A stretch of DNA of 64,000 nucleotides. It comes from Oopsacas minuta. Its lineage: Eukaryota; Animalia; Porifera. The stretch is taken from contig JAKMXF010000222.1 in assembly GCA_024704765.1 (NCBI GenBank), forward strand, positions 62,001-126,000, given 5' to 3'. How positions within the stretch are numbered: position 1 is the stretch's first letter; every line of letters begins with the position of its first letter. The position numbers and the translations under genes were made by a program. Under the pieces are notes generated by a model. The model was not told where the DNA came from and did no database searches. It saw only the letters and a program-made list of their open reading frames with translations. Shown here one piece after another: positions 10,924 to 23,047 of this stretch.

Positions 10924-13401
10924 ATGTGTATTGATTGTTGGAAAGAAAAGTCTCTTGATCGTGTAAGCAACTAAATATGTTATCCATAGTCTAAATGAGT
11001 TATAGTGTATTATATTTTAGGGGACTATTTGTAATGATACAGGTGCTTATATGCTGAACTTTTCTGGCTGCAAACAGTGTGGGAGTTATGGGTTCCCGAA
11101 GGAAGGGAATAAGGTAATAGCAGAGGACGGCGCTGGAGATGAAACAGTGGAATATGAACGTCAGTTAATGTTTGAATATATCTATTGTGTATCTAGACTA
11201 GTTATTCTGTGAGTAGCATACACATAATCAAATGTTGAGATTGAAACTTTGGCTAATAGATAATTTGGCAATTTTGTTATTGTAACATTTCACCGATCTC
11301 AACCAATACACACTACCATTTATTTTCGTCTAATACGTTCTAGCATCAAATTCTAATATCCACTGAAATAAAGTGTCCCCCTCGGCAACTTCATGGCAGT
11401 CATTTGAATAGTCTAAATATGAAGAAATTAATCCCACCACCCAGATCTCAATTGCAACTGAATCAAGTCTATCATTAACGTGGCCTAAGCTGTAATCACT
11501 TAGCGGCTATATTATCTCGAATAATGCTGAATAATGTGCGTATACATTTGTATACTAAATAATATTCTAACATATGCAGTCAACCTAAATGAGTGGGAGA
11601 ATAACCTACCGACAGTGGGCAAGTGTTAGGGACTAATATTCTTAGTTCGTAATCGAACTTACTCTGAAACTACCAAATGAATAAGTACATTATAGATACT
11701 TCTTACCCTAAGTTTTATTATGAATTGTGTCCTCATTAGCCTTACATACAGTCTAAAATTCCTAGTTCAATTAACCATTGTTGCTTGTAGAAATTTTAAG
11801 CAATATGAACAGTACTAATGTGAATATTTATGTCACTTTTTCAAACTGCAATCCACTAATATATTCATTGCCAAACGAATTAATACGCTACGCAAGAGAT
11901 TGATTGATTATTAGCAGAGGGTATATAGATTAATTTACAAATTAGAATTACCAATTATGACTTCAATGTAGTTTGAGTGGGCAATTAATCACTAATAATA
12001 CATTAATTACTGTTATTTGCAGATATATGTGTGAATTGTGGACACTCAATCGCTAAGCATCATTATTCGTTTTCAGTGGATGAAGCTGAAGGATATCAGG
12101 TACAATTCTTACTCAGGAAATTACTTAACTAACAGTTGCATACGTACCACATTTCTATATTGAGGGAGGCGTTATATGTCTTGAATATTAGTGTACACCC
12201 TAGATAGTAATGGGAGGCCTGTATACACCTGGATAACCCGATACTTGGAACATCTGGACTCTTGTGATCCCTAAACAGGAATTAATATTAATAGTATGTC
12301 CGTACCTTATGCATTTATGAATAATTACTTTCAAAAAAGATTAAGTTTGAGAGTTCACCAAAATGCATTTCAACTATTTTAATACTAAATATGTATAATT
12401 CCATCTTCTGATTAACAGGAAACAATTCAATTAAAATTAATACTTGTTATCTTATAAAAATCATATAAAAACAGTTGTTATATGGTTATATCTTATGATC
12501 AGCCGTCATAATAATATTTCTAAGTACAGCATATCGTAATTATAACAATTTACATTAGTAGTCTACTGCTAGTTACAACCTACAAATTAAACCCACGCTA
12601 GCAGTGCTAGTATGATAGAATTTGGATGTGTACACTTTCTTATCATAATGTTATAGACAAAGCCAGAGGCGTATTTGAAGGGAGCTCCAGGGGCACCATG
12701 GAGCCCCCAGTCGGTGCGCCACTGAACCTCGTCGGAGGAAAAAATCAGAAGTGAGGTAAAAAGAAAGGGCTATTTTTCTCCATCTTATTTGTTGTTGTTG
12801 TTTAAAAGATATGATTATATTCAATTTTTTGATGTAGTGACTTTACGGAATTAGTAGTATATATAATATCTAATTAGTAGTAGAAAATATACAAGATGTC
12901 AACAAAAAGACACGCCAGTGACAGACATGTGTCATGAATGCGACTTATGTTAAGGAATAACAACATATATTTTGACTACTTTAGATTAAAAAACTTGATT
13001 TTGTAAACTTTAGCTTATATTCTTTATTATCATTAGTTAAGTCGGAGAAATTTACGGAAAAACTCGTCGGAGCTGAAGTTGTGGAGCCCCCTCTTTTGTT
13101 TGGGGGCCCTACGCCCTGGACAAAGCATAGTAGTGGTGAATTGTCACGGAAATATCTATAAAGGGGGGTGGAAAGCCTGCCCTATGCTCTTATGACACCC
13201 CTCTAGTACTTCCCTAAAGTTATTACAGAGGGTATAGAGCACAAGTTATAAGAACATATTTTATACTCCCAAGTGTGTTCTCATAAGCGATAATCACTGT
13301 ATTCCATTTAGGATTTTGAGATGAATTGTATGCTCTGTGGATTTGGACAAGACAGGAGTAGTATTCTGCCCAATGATCCATCCAAAGATTACCTGTACTA
13401 A
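10924..13401 (+). CDS. CHURC1: Churchill zinc-binding protein, 114 aa; exons 10924-10962, 11021-11159, 12023-12099, 13312-13401 (not in the ORF track)
   Basis: Spliced product MCIDCWKEKSLDR|GTICNDTGAYMLNFSGCKQC..DETVEYEH|ICVNCGHSIAKHHYSF..GYQ|DFEMNCMLCGFGQDRSSILPNDPSK matches the Churchill Cys/His pattern. All introns are GT-AG with compatible phases. Confidence 0.92.
12664..13118. mobile_element. Non-autonomous hAT-type element (455 bp) in Churchill intron 3
   Basis: Perfect 8-bp TSD GACAAAGC at 12656-12663 and 13119-13126; termini CAGAGGCGTA / TACGCCCTG; GC-rich subterminal GAGCCCCC and CTCGTCGGAG repeats; no ORF. Confidence 0.85.
13226..13299. mobile_element. MITE family C (TA-CAG..TATAAGAACA / TGTTCTTATA..CTG-TA), degenerate copy
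   Basis: TA-flanked; shares ATAAGAACAT and ATACTCCCAAG-GTGTTCT core with 26953-27091 and 30640-30707. Confidence 0.6.
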
Positions 13402-14521
13402 TTCTCAATGTATATACGTATATAATAATCCAGTTATGTATGTATTGTGTGGATATGTGCACAATTATTATGTTTAGTCTCTGTAAACCAATTTACAGTG
13501 AAAAGTTGGAATTGTGCTAGTCTTCTTCTGGTTACTTAGATACGCAACAAATATACAAGTGTTCAGCTAATTAATAGTGAGGTGTTGTGTTTCCTAGCCA
13601 CTAGACTTTTTGGAATACTATATTAGTCTAAATACGACAAGAAGTAATTATCCAATGAATATTTAGAGGAAGGGTAACATGCATTACGGATAAGTATTGC
13701 GAATAACAAAGTCTGCGTAATTGCTATTTAATTATTAAACATGATATGATAAAAAATTAATTTCTTCTAATAGTATCATTCTCTGATCTAGGATAGAATT
13801 ACAAAATTGGATTATTTCATAGTTACCACACCAATCAATTGTAATGTTTCTATCCCGATAATATGGCTATAAGTGTCTCTTGACAACAATATATTTCAAA
13901 TTAAGCTTCAGACTAATTACAGCCCAATCGTGGACCAAGGTTAGTCGTTATTAGCATATTCTGCAATAAACTGCAGAACTCTTTGTCATAAAGTTCGATT
14001 ATTCATTCAGTTTTTGTGATTATCAGTTTCTATGTAAATTGCAGCGAAATTCGTATGAATTTAAAAGGAGCTCAGGAAATCTGACTGATCTGTTCTACAC
14101 AGAGATTATAATGAATACTGGATTGAACAGAAGTGGAAAGTATTAAATTCATAATACAAGCAGGTATGTTAGAACATAGAATTATAGAAGACCGCATCTA
14201 ATAGTAGAAGAAATACTATACTATCATTACTATGGACGTATAAAGGCCAGAATCTATATATTAAGTAAGTTTACTCCGGACAAGAGTTATTCGACAGAAA
14301 ATACACAAAATATCTGAATAACTTTGAAAATATTTTAACACAAGTCAAAGGACTAGCAACTCGTTCATCCTTACAAATCTTGAAATCAACAAAAGTAAGT
14401 GATAGAAACTACAACGCTACGAACATGGTGCAGATCAGAATAATATTAAATTCTTACATAAATGTAAAACGCTTTTCCTAGTTATTAGTAATGAATAAAA
14501 GCATATTATTTGCAGGGTAAG

Positions 14522-17500
14522 ATGTCTAGCATTCAAGCACCGATTCAAAATCAGCTGACTGGGGTAGGGATGTCTTCCAACCAAAGGTAAGTATTCGATA
14601 CGTTCAATGATTAATCTTAAGATATTATCACAATTGTAAAATACGTATTTTGCCTACTCTGCTCTAATAGCATTGTTCTAAGAGAATTCTACGTACTTGT
14701 AATTAATACAAGAGGATTATCACTTTAATTATTCACTGGAACACAATTATTAGAGTATTTTCTTTCAAGTGATTTCATTTAGCCTATCCGAACAATTAGA
14801 GCTGACCAGAAGTTATAATTGTGTCATCTTTAAGATACGAGATAGATTATGATAATATATTTTACTTGTATCTTCACAAATAATACATAATTCCTAAAAT
14901 GCATTATGAGCCTTATTAGTAATTATTAAATTGTAAAATAAATATGAATTGATATCGTAAGGCAAATCATACATAATTGCGATTTGTTACTTAAAACTTC
15001 TATCTTTATGATTATTTAATTATCTTAATTATAATTGTGGCTGGTGTGTTATTGATGGTTACTTAATGCGCATAATTCCACCGAAATATATCTGTAAATC
15101 AAATTTTCATGGACTACTGTCAATAGAGACTTAATATATTTGTAGTATAATGGATGAGTTTAATAATATTTGGAATATTCCAAGGGGGTTATTTAGTAGA
15201 GTAATGTAACCACTGGAAATGTAGTTAATATGAAACTAAAGATACAAGGGCATGCACAAGCCAGGTAGAAAGCAGCTGAAGGGAGGGCTTAGAGATAGAT
15301 AGTCATCGTCATGGTTTGAGTAGAATTCAGAATATTATTTTCACAATGAGCCCCTACTATGATAATTATCTAATTTAAGTAACACATTAGATAAAGTATG
15401 TATGCTTTCAGTATAAAATAAATTCAAGACAACCCTCTGTGAATTAGTTCAAATAGCATGTAGCAATGCAATATTTGCGATAATGAGGTATTAGATTTAT
15501 TATCGCCTATTCTTATAGTTTAAATTACTGTAATCAAAAATCAAAATGCGGGAATATGGATGTTCCACAGTGTGGTTCGAACAACATGCTAGCAAAATGT
15601 GAGATGTGTGACAAGAGTTACGACCAGCAGGGCCTGACGTCATGTCCAGAATGTGAGCTAATCTACTGCATGGGTTGTTGTCAGGATATTCACTCAAAGG
15701 GTAAATTAACTTGTCATACAATCTTCCAATACATGTGCAATATATGTAATGAACTCCCCGGAGGATATGACTGTTTTGATTGTGGACTATCCTTCTGTGA
15801 AGTCTGCTCTACCAAGAGACACTCCCGAGGAGCGTTCACCAGACACACACTAGCTATCAGACAAAGTCACTTAGCTGTAAATGTCTTTAAAACGTCAATG
15901 CATTCAATGGACACGCCATGCACCAATAATAATAACAACAACAACCCGATTACATCAGTAGCATCTATGAAGTCTAATTCGATGCATAATTTCGCGCATA
16001 ACCTAGATAGTGAGGAGTACATGCCTATGTCAAAGAAACAGAGACTCTACGACCCTAATTCGAACGATTATAGCACAATTGTTAACTCGCCGTGTCCAAA
16101 GAACCTAGAAACATGGACACTACTGAACTCCAATGGAATTATGAGTCCAGGACCTTCCAACATAGTACAGCATGGTAACTCAATTATTAACAACTATATG
16201 CCGCCAATGAATGGACAGGTGAGGGATATGTTTTATGAATTATATTGTTTGTAGATAACTAAAATAGAGTGTAATTTGTGAGTTAGATTTTCATCCAAAC
16301 TATAGATTAATAGATAATAACCAAGAACTATTTCTTAACTAAATCTACATAAAGCCCTCTCAATTAGCTATTAATACACATGATGTATCCGTAATAATTA
16401 TTTGTGAATAATAGCTTACCAGACAAATAGATCTCCTGATTGTTTTGGTTAGTAAATTAAAATATATAAGATTACAGCTACAAACTTCCACCAATAAAAA
16501 TGAGTAGGTAGTGTAGAATGTTATGGTCAGACGGATTTCCCAAGTACAACTGTAAATTAAAATGGTAGCGTTTTTATTGGACTATTTTGGTAAACAAAAA
16601 GTGGTTACAAGTAGTTGCGGGGTATTCATATTGTGGCGTATTTTGGTCCAACTATGTATGTGAAAAAATCTAACTAGAAATTAGTATAATATTAACAACA
16701 CCCTTAAAATGAACCTGTCCACATGTGCCAGATTTTCACATAATTTGTCAGTTTCCATTGAAATATATTATAGAAGTAATATGCAAGGAACTTTATAGCG
16801 GAGAATACAGTGCTCTGCCTAAACAATGGCAAACTCAATACCTATTCGAAAGTTAATAAGTGAACTGAAGTACAGTTTGAACTGGCTTGCTGTATTGTAG
16901 TATTGTCAGTTGAACCAGTGTTTAAAGGTATAAATGTGTATTTGTAGATTCGTAACCAGCAGCTACTCAATGCTATGTCGATGCCAGCTTCGATGCTCCA
17001 CCAGTCATCTCAGCTAGGCGAGCATTCACACGGAAACGCGGTTGATCACACTTTACAAGACAGTATAGCAAGTTCTCACGCCCTGAGTGCGCTTGTTAAC
17101 GAGTTCGACCCTGTAGACCACGTAGGAGAGAGTCACTGCGAACTTCCAAACGATGGATTCGGAGTTCCATCTCCACCACACGCAGATGTAGGTATAAATC
17201 CAAACTTATTAATGCTACATAGAAATGGTAACTTCCCTTCTGTTAGCCCGAAAAAGAATCTCGACGAGACAGAACAGCTGAGCTCAGAATTCAAGAACGA
17301 AACGTTAGGCAATGCAGACGCCAGCTGTTTTATAACCAACATCAGTCATGACCAAGTAGTGAATAAAAAGCCTTCATTAGGTAGTCCAATACGCTCTCCC
17401 ACCAGTACAACTGACGTAGGGAAAATATCGAATGGTAAAAAATTGGTTTCTGGTGATAATGTAGCTGAGAAGTTTGATTTATCGTTTTTAAATGAAAAAC

Positions 17501-17883
17501 CAAAAAAAAAACGACGAATTTTTAACCCAGACGAAAAGAGTCGATTGACACATTTCGCAGAATCACTTAACTGGACATGGCAAGCGAGGGAAGTTGAGGA
17601 GTTCGCAAGAGACAACGATTTCACAGTGCAACAAGTAAAAGATTTCATCTATAACCGAAAGCGCAACATGAAACACAGCATCCCAGACCTGACAAAGTCA
17701 CAAACTAAGGCCGACAACTTACAGAGCCTTTCTATGGGAATGTCACCACCACATTGTGCAATCGATCAAGCACTTGAGTCGATAACTCAATGCTCGTATC
17801 TCAGCTCTCCAGATAGCAACCACGAAACACTACCAATGTCAGACTGTGTATTTCTACTCGACACATCTATCACTGCAGATTAA
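14522..17883 (+). CDS. Double B-box + atypical homeodomain protein, ~566 aa; exons 14522-14586, 15519-16218, 16948-17883
   Basis: Two Cx2C-x8/11-Cx2C-x4-Cx2C-x4-H-x7-H B-boxes (15598-15846). Homeodomain-like KKKRRIFNPDEKSRLTHFAESLNW...VKDFIYNRKR (17497-17673). Splices AG|GTAAGT..TTATAG|T (phase 2) and CAG|GTGAGG..TTGTAG|ATT (phase 0) keep the frame. Confidence 0.8.
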
Positions 17884-18588
17884 CGAACCCTCCTCACCCA
17901 TAATCCCACTTATTAGATAGCCAAAAAAGAAATCAAAACACCAATAAACAAGGCAGAAAATCTTAATAATAACAATTAGAATAGAATTAGGAAATAACGT
18001 TAACTCTACTGTACATTATTAACTATTGATTGCAAACCGCAATTATACAAATAATACAATGTATTTTGATTTCCTGTAGCCATGATCTTCTGATATTCTC
18101 ACTTGTGTATAGGATGTGTGAGGTATTAGTGGGCAAGTATATGTGTATAATGTGTTGTATTATTTTGATTAAACCTCTTTAACAAAACCTTACTTTATAC
18201 TACTGGACTATCGTATAACGGGAGTCGAGTCTATTGCTTAATCTAAACTGCTGTAACGACAGAATATATAGTATTAATTTTATATAGTTCAATTCGTTAC
18301 AATGAAAGTGGAATTGAGCTAATACTGATCTGCCATGTACTCGATTCTCTAGTTAATTTTCACATAGAGAAAGTATTAGTCTAAAAAGTATTGTAAGTTA
18401 CAAGAAGTAGATCGTAATAATGCAAGAATTGAATGGAAAATATTAAGATTCAAACAATTAATTGATCTCTTACATCTCATGATGGAAAACATAGCCAAAA
18501 TCTGTATTTTCTTAACTTCTTATCGCTTAGGGATCTTCTCTTCCATTTCCTCAGCAATCAGCTGTTCCTCTCAAAGAATATTCTCTAT

Positions 18589-21500
18589 TCAATCTTTTTT
18601 AATCGCCATCCACTTGTAAAAAAACTCTGACACGCTCATCCACGCAACACCTGCCTCGCCAGCTGTTTCCAACACAGGTGCAAATTGGTGGTAAGTTCTA
18701 CTACCGGGGGCGATGAAATTCTGAATTATACTTTCATCAAAGAGCAAGCAAACTGCTTCGCTGGACATCCTACTCTCAATTTCTGCGTGCTTAAAACCGA
18801 CATCAAATAATTCGCTAATGCAAGCAACTGTAGGATTGCTGAGCTGTCTACGTTTATCTCTACCTGCCGATTTGACCTGGACATTTAGGGCCTGAGGTCT
18901 AACTGTCTGGTCAGAACTCTCAAACTCGTGTTCAATGTATCTAAGTGCCTGCCGAACGTGGAAATTCTTCTTCTGCCCTTTCATTTCGTCTAGTATGCGT
19001 AGAGTTACATTAGCTATTATCAGAGTAAATTTCTTCGAGTTAACTAGTCTCTTCAAAGTGTTCAACTGATTACACAAACTAAGAGCATCAGGGATCAGTA
19101 TAAACGGAAGTAAGTTGTCTTTCAAATGCTGTTGTTGTGCTCTGAGCATATCTACTTGTCCTTTCAGCCTCTGATTAGCCAGAGCTCTCATTAGATTATT
19201 TTGTTTCTCTCTTGCTTGTGTTTGTTCTATCAGTTTTATTTCTTCTGCTAATTTAGCATTTTGTAGTTCTTTCTGTGCAGGGCCTACAAACAGCTGGGTA
19301 AGGGGATCAAACGTGAAGGCAGGAGCCAGCTTGTTAGCAGCCATTAACAGTCCGAATTTCCGTAGATATATTAACCTAGTTAGACACTGCTCCTCTTCAG
19401 GTGTAGAGCTTATGAACATGTTCTTAAGATTACTGAGCTGTTCATCTTGTAGAAATCCATATAATAACTTATCTTCTAATAGAGGATGTGATTGAGACCA
19501 ATCTCTAGCTAGAGAGAAAGAATCAGGAGAAGATTTGTACTCAGGGAATACTCCCTCTTGAATAAACTCACTAGTGCTGGGTAGAAAATTGAGCAGTGCA
19601 GCTAGATGCGACCAGAGTATAGCAGAGCTCTGTGCACATGTAGCTAGTATAACAGGGTTATTGTGTAGCCAGATAGAAAACGCACGTATAGCACAGAGAG
19701 TTGATTCATCTTGTATATCTCTACACAGCTTGGTTAGATTATCAGAAATATACACTGTATTATCTGGCTTTATAGTAGCTGTGGGTATTTCTATATCTTC
19801 CATGGAGAACTTAGCTGCTAAGATTATCTTAGCCGTTTCAATTGGTTCTTCGAATGAAATGGATTCTGTACGAGTTTCTAAAGGTGTTAATTTGGGTGAA
19901 TTCAAGTCAGCTGATTCCAATTCACTGGTGTCCTTCAAATCTTGTGTAGTCATGATACTCTCTGGAGATTCATCACTGACATTATTCAGTACAATTTGAG
20001 TATTATTCTGCGGTTTATCACAGCTCGTATCATCCTCATCACTAGAGTGATCAGTCCCTAATATTTCAAATCCACTACTTGAAGAAGAATCAGATCTAGA
20101 AGACAAGATAGAATCAGATACATTTCCCTCGCTCAGATCATCATCATTATCTCTAGCAATTCTCACTCTCTGCACACGACTAACACGCTTGCTACTACTC
20201 ATTGACCTTTTGTTAATACAAATATCGTTATCAGAATCTGGTCCATATTTGTTGATGTTTTGGGGTAATATAGGCGTTGATGTCTTATGCTCAATATCAT
20301 GAGGGCTTTGAGTAGCATCTGGAGATATGTTATCCACCAAAACTATAGACGAATCATTGTTTAGACGTTCAATTTCCTTGGAGAGAAGTTGAATTGCAGT
20401 CAGACTAAACTGTGGTTCACCTCGCTCTGTAGATAATGGTGAGAGTATTATCTTTCTAACCCGTGTAATACAACATTGTATAATCAATGAAAATATAGCT
20501 ACTGCAAATGAAGTTGCAGCAGGGGTGTGTGTCGAGCCATGTGCACGTAATATGTGTGACGTCAGAATAGAAATAATACATATTTTGAATAGAGGATCGC
20601 CTCCTACAATAGAAGTTAGAATACCTTCGTTATCAAACGAATCCTTGGATGTAGAGCATAACTCATCAATTGCTAAACACTCTTCGAAATCTTTCAACAA
20701 TCTAGAACACATATATTCCATATCTTGACCGTTCTGTTCAGAGCTGTGTAGAGGGGAGAATATTTCCTGTAGTCGTAAAAACCCGTGAATAAACCGTTGT
20801 AACAGCCTCTCATTGTGTTCATACTCACTCGCATTAACACACGGGGGTAATGCATTAACGATATCTAGCTGCATACGATTTTTATCATAAATAACCTTAA
20901 TATTAACCTCGCTTAGTGCGACGATAGAATCTGTACAAGCCAACGCACGCAAATAGAAATAAACCGAATCAAGATTGTAATTAATTCCCGGATACATTCC
21001 CGCTATCTGGTTATAAGCATGTCCAAGTGATGGATTAAGAATAATAGCTTGATAATAATATCGTTTAGTGACGTCATAATTATGAGTAAACACTTGTTGA
21101 TATCGTGAGAGATCACCTAGATGTATTAGACACTTGTAAATATACACTTCATATTGTTTATCAGTATTTTTGCAAATCGTACTATCCTCTTGATAACGAT
21201 TCCAGTCTAGAAAGCTAGCTGTTGTTATATTGTGTGTGTCAGTCATTTTAGCTAGTAAAGATATGTAGAATCCTATTCCAGCAGTGATATGTGTTCTATA
21301 ACCTATTTGTAATGGTGTATCTCCTTGTATTTCTGGTGAATTACGGCATTTTTGTATAAGTCGATAGAAACCAAGATTCCATAAGATATCTTCTATCTTA
21401 TCCAACTGTGGGAAAGTAAATTCGTTAGATAGCAGAGCTCTGGAACATCTATCTTTAAGACGTTTCCGTAGTACGAGCGGTTTTGTTTGAAATAGACTAT

Positions 21501-21609
21501 CATTGGAGGGAGAATTCTTCATATGAATATCTATCTGATTTGCGAGGGCAGAGATTGCTTTGTATCGATGTTGAACACTTGTTTCAATTTTACTGACTGC
21601 CTCTGCCAT
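18589..21609 (-). CDS. SMG5: SMG5 (EST1B) NMD factor, intronless, 1006 aa
   Basis: Est1 TPR/14-3-3-like region (CLIHLGDLSRY, YYYQAI.LNP..GHAYNQ, DSVYFYLRAL), acidic linker, and C-terminal PIN FILIPDALSLCNQL...LDEMK...ALRYIEHEF of SMG5 type. Confidence 0.88.
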   Translation of the reverse strand: MAEAVSKIETSVQHRYKAISALANQIDIHMKNSPSNDSLFQTKPLVLRKRLKDRCSRALLSNEFTFPQLDKIEDILWNLGFYRLIQKCRNSPEIQGDTPLQIGYRTHITAGIGFYISLLAKMTDTHNITTASFLDWNRYQEDSTICKNTDKQYEVYIYKCLIHLGDLSRYQQVFTHNYDVTKRYYYQAIILNPSLGHAYNQIAGMYPGINYNLDSVYFYLRALACTDSIVALSEVNIKVIYDKNRMQLDIVNALPPCVNASEYEHNERLLQRFIHGFLRLQEIFSPLHSSEQNGQDMEYMCSRLLKDFEECLAIDELCSTSKDSFDNEGILTSIVGGDPLFKICIISILTSHILRAHGSTHTPAATSFAVAIFSLIIQCCITRVRKIILSPLSTERGEPQFSLTAIQLLSKEIERLNNDSSIVLVDNISPDATQSPHDIEHKTSTPILPQNINKYGPDSDNDICINKRSMSSSKRVSRVQRVRIARDNDDDLSEGNVSDSILSSRSDSSSSSGFEILGTDHSSDEDDTSCDKPQNNTQIVLNNVSDESPESIMTTQDLKDTSELESADLNSPKLTPLETRTESISFEEPIETAKIILAAKFSMEDIEIPTATIKPDNTVYISDNLTKLCRDIQDESTLCAIRAFSIWLHNNPVILATCAQSSAILWSHLAALLNFLPSTSEFIQEGVFPEYKSSPDSFSLARDWSQSHPLLEDKLLYGFLQDEQLSNLKNMFISSTPEEEQCLTRLIYLRKFGLLMAANKLAPAFTFDPLTQLFVGPAQKELQNAKLAEEIKLIEQTQAREKQNNLMRALANQRLKGQVDMLRAQQQHLKDNLLPFILIPDALSLCNQLNTLKRLVNSKKFTLIIANVTLRILDEMKGQKKNFHVRQALRYIEHEFESSDQTVRPQALNVQVKSAGRDKRRQLSNPTVACISELFDVGFKHAEIESRMSSEAVCLLFDESIIQNFIAPGSRTYHQFAPVLETAGEAGVAWMSVSEFFYKWMAIKKD

Positions 21610-21951
21610 AATCTATAGATCTACAACCTAATTATTCAATAGCCTCAGAGCACTCGTAACTTACAGGTAAAGTCATCAAATTTAAACATTTGATAAGAAA
21701 CCCACTGAATTGGCAATATTTTAGGAGGATAATCAAATGAATTTATAAGTGTATGACACTGGAACTAAGCACAAATTACATACATCACGCAGGATGTACA
21801 TTCAAACCTGTTACTATGGTTGCTAATGGAAGTAAAACCCCAGAAATAAGATATGGGGGTTGGCAAGTATGTAGTTGATTATGAAATACATTTTTGACCT
21901 TGGTGGAAGTAAGTGCTTTTCTAATGTAGTCGTGTAGGACTTGGTAATATA

Positions 21952-22117
21952 CAGTCAACTCCCGTTATATCGAAGCTCAAGGAACCGCGATAAATGCTTT
22001 GATATAATCGATAAATATATATATATATGTACTTTAACGGTTTGGGACCATATTAGCACAATCACAGACTTCGATATAAGCGGGTGTTTCCATATTTGAT
22101 GTAACAGGAGTTGATTG
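21952..22117. mobile_element. MITE family A, full-length (166 bp), TA TSD (Tc1/mariner-pogo-like)
   Basis: TA|CAGTCAACTCCCGTTATATCGAA ... TTTGATGTAACAGGAGTTGATTG|TA. Confidence 0.8.
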
Positions 22118-23047
22118 TATTACTTGTACTCTTCTATTAGCGAGGATAAATTACTAATGATTCAGTCGTTTCAACAGGCTAGATTATCCAGCAGCTGTGT
22201 GTAAATTAGTCTGAGAATGGAGGGAGATATATTTGCTAGTTCAAACAACAATGTTTTGTATACAAGTTTGTTTTGAATAAATTGCAAGCAAAGCTCTATA
22301 AATTAAGATCTATGGAGGCGAGTATCTCTCTGTTGATTTAATAATAAAAATTCAATCTGGAAGAACTGTCTCCAGAAGTAATGTTTCGATGGTCATTGAA
22401 ATTAGCAGCTTGCCCCTTATATTCATGAATAAATTTAATATATCGATATAGTCTAGATAATAACCTCAGACGGATATAAGTAGGTTGTGTTAGCACACTA
22501 AATACATGCACAGAGTATAATTAGAATACTCAGATGAAATATAATGCAGTCTAGTAGAATATTGTAGAGACAGACACTAACCAAAGAATAGATAGAAATT
22601 AGTTAGAATTACAAAAGGGCGGGAATTCAAACCGAGAATATAATATTAATAATGTATATGTATATATCAGATATCTGCATTACTACACATGGCATAGAAG
22701 GATGGCTTAAATAACCAAAATTATTTAAAACGAGTTAATAAGGTGAATTGGACGTTTACATGAGCCAATAAATTAGATAACTAGTCATTTAAAAGAATAA
22801 AAGAATTCATATCTCCAATTTATCTTAAGAAATGTGTGTATAGATGCAATCAAAATTCATATAACATATTTGTAAATAAAAATAAGACAGAAATATACAT
22901 GAATGTTCAAAAAGTTGAATCTAAAATATAATTATCAGTAAATACACACAAACAGTTATTCTCAAGAATACATACCTGCAAATATACAAATATAAAATCA
23001 GTTTCCTAGCTTTATAAGACGGCAATTCAAGAACGTGCCTGTCTCTG

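Noticed and set aside
11330-11510. Possible nested antisense exon in Churchill intron 2 (~55 open codons, ..DCHEVAEGDTLFQWILEFD..)
   Set aside because: No recognisable motif, start codon or consistent exon chain.
19574-19999. 141-aa plus-strand ORF opposite SMG5
   Set aside because: Antisense shadow without domain features.
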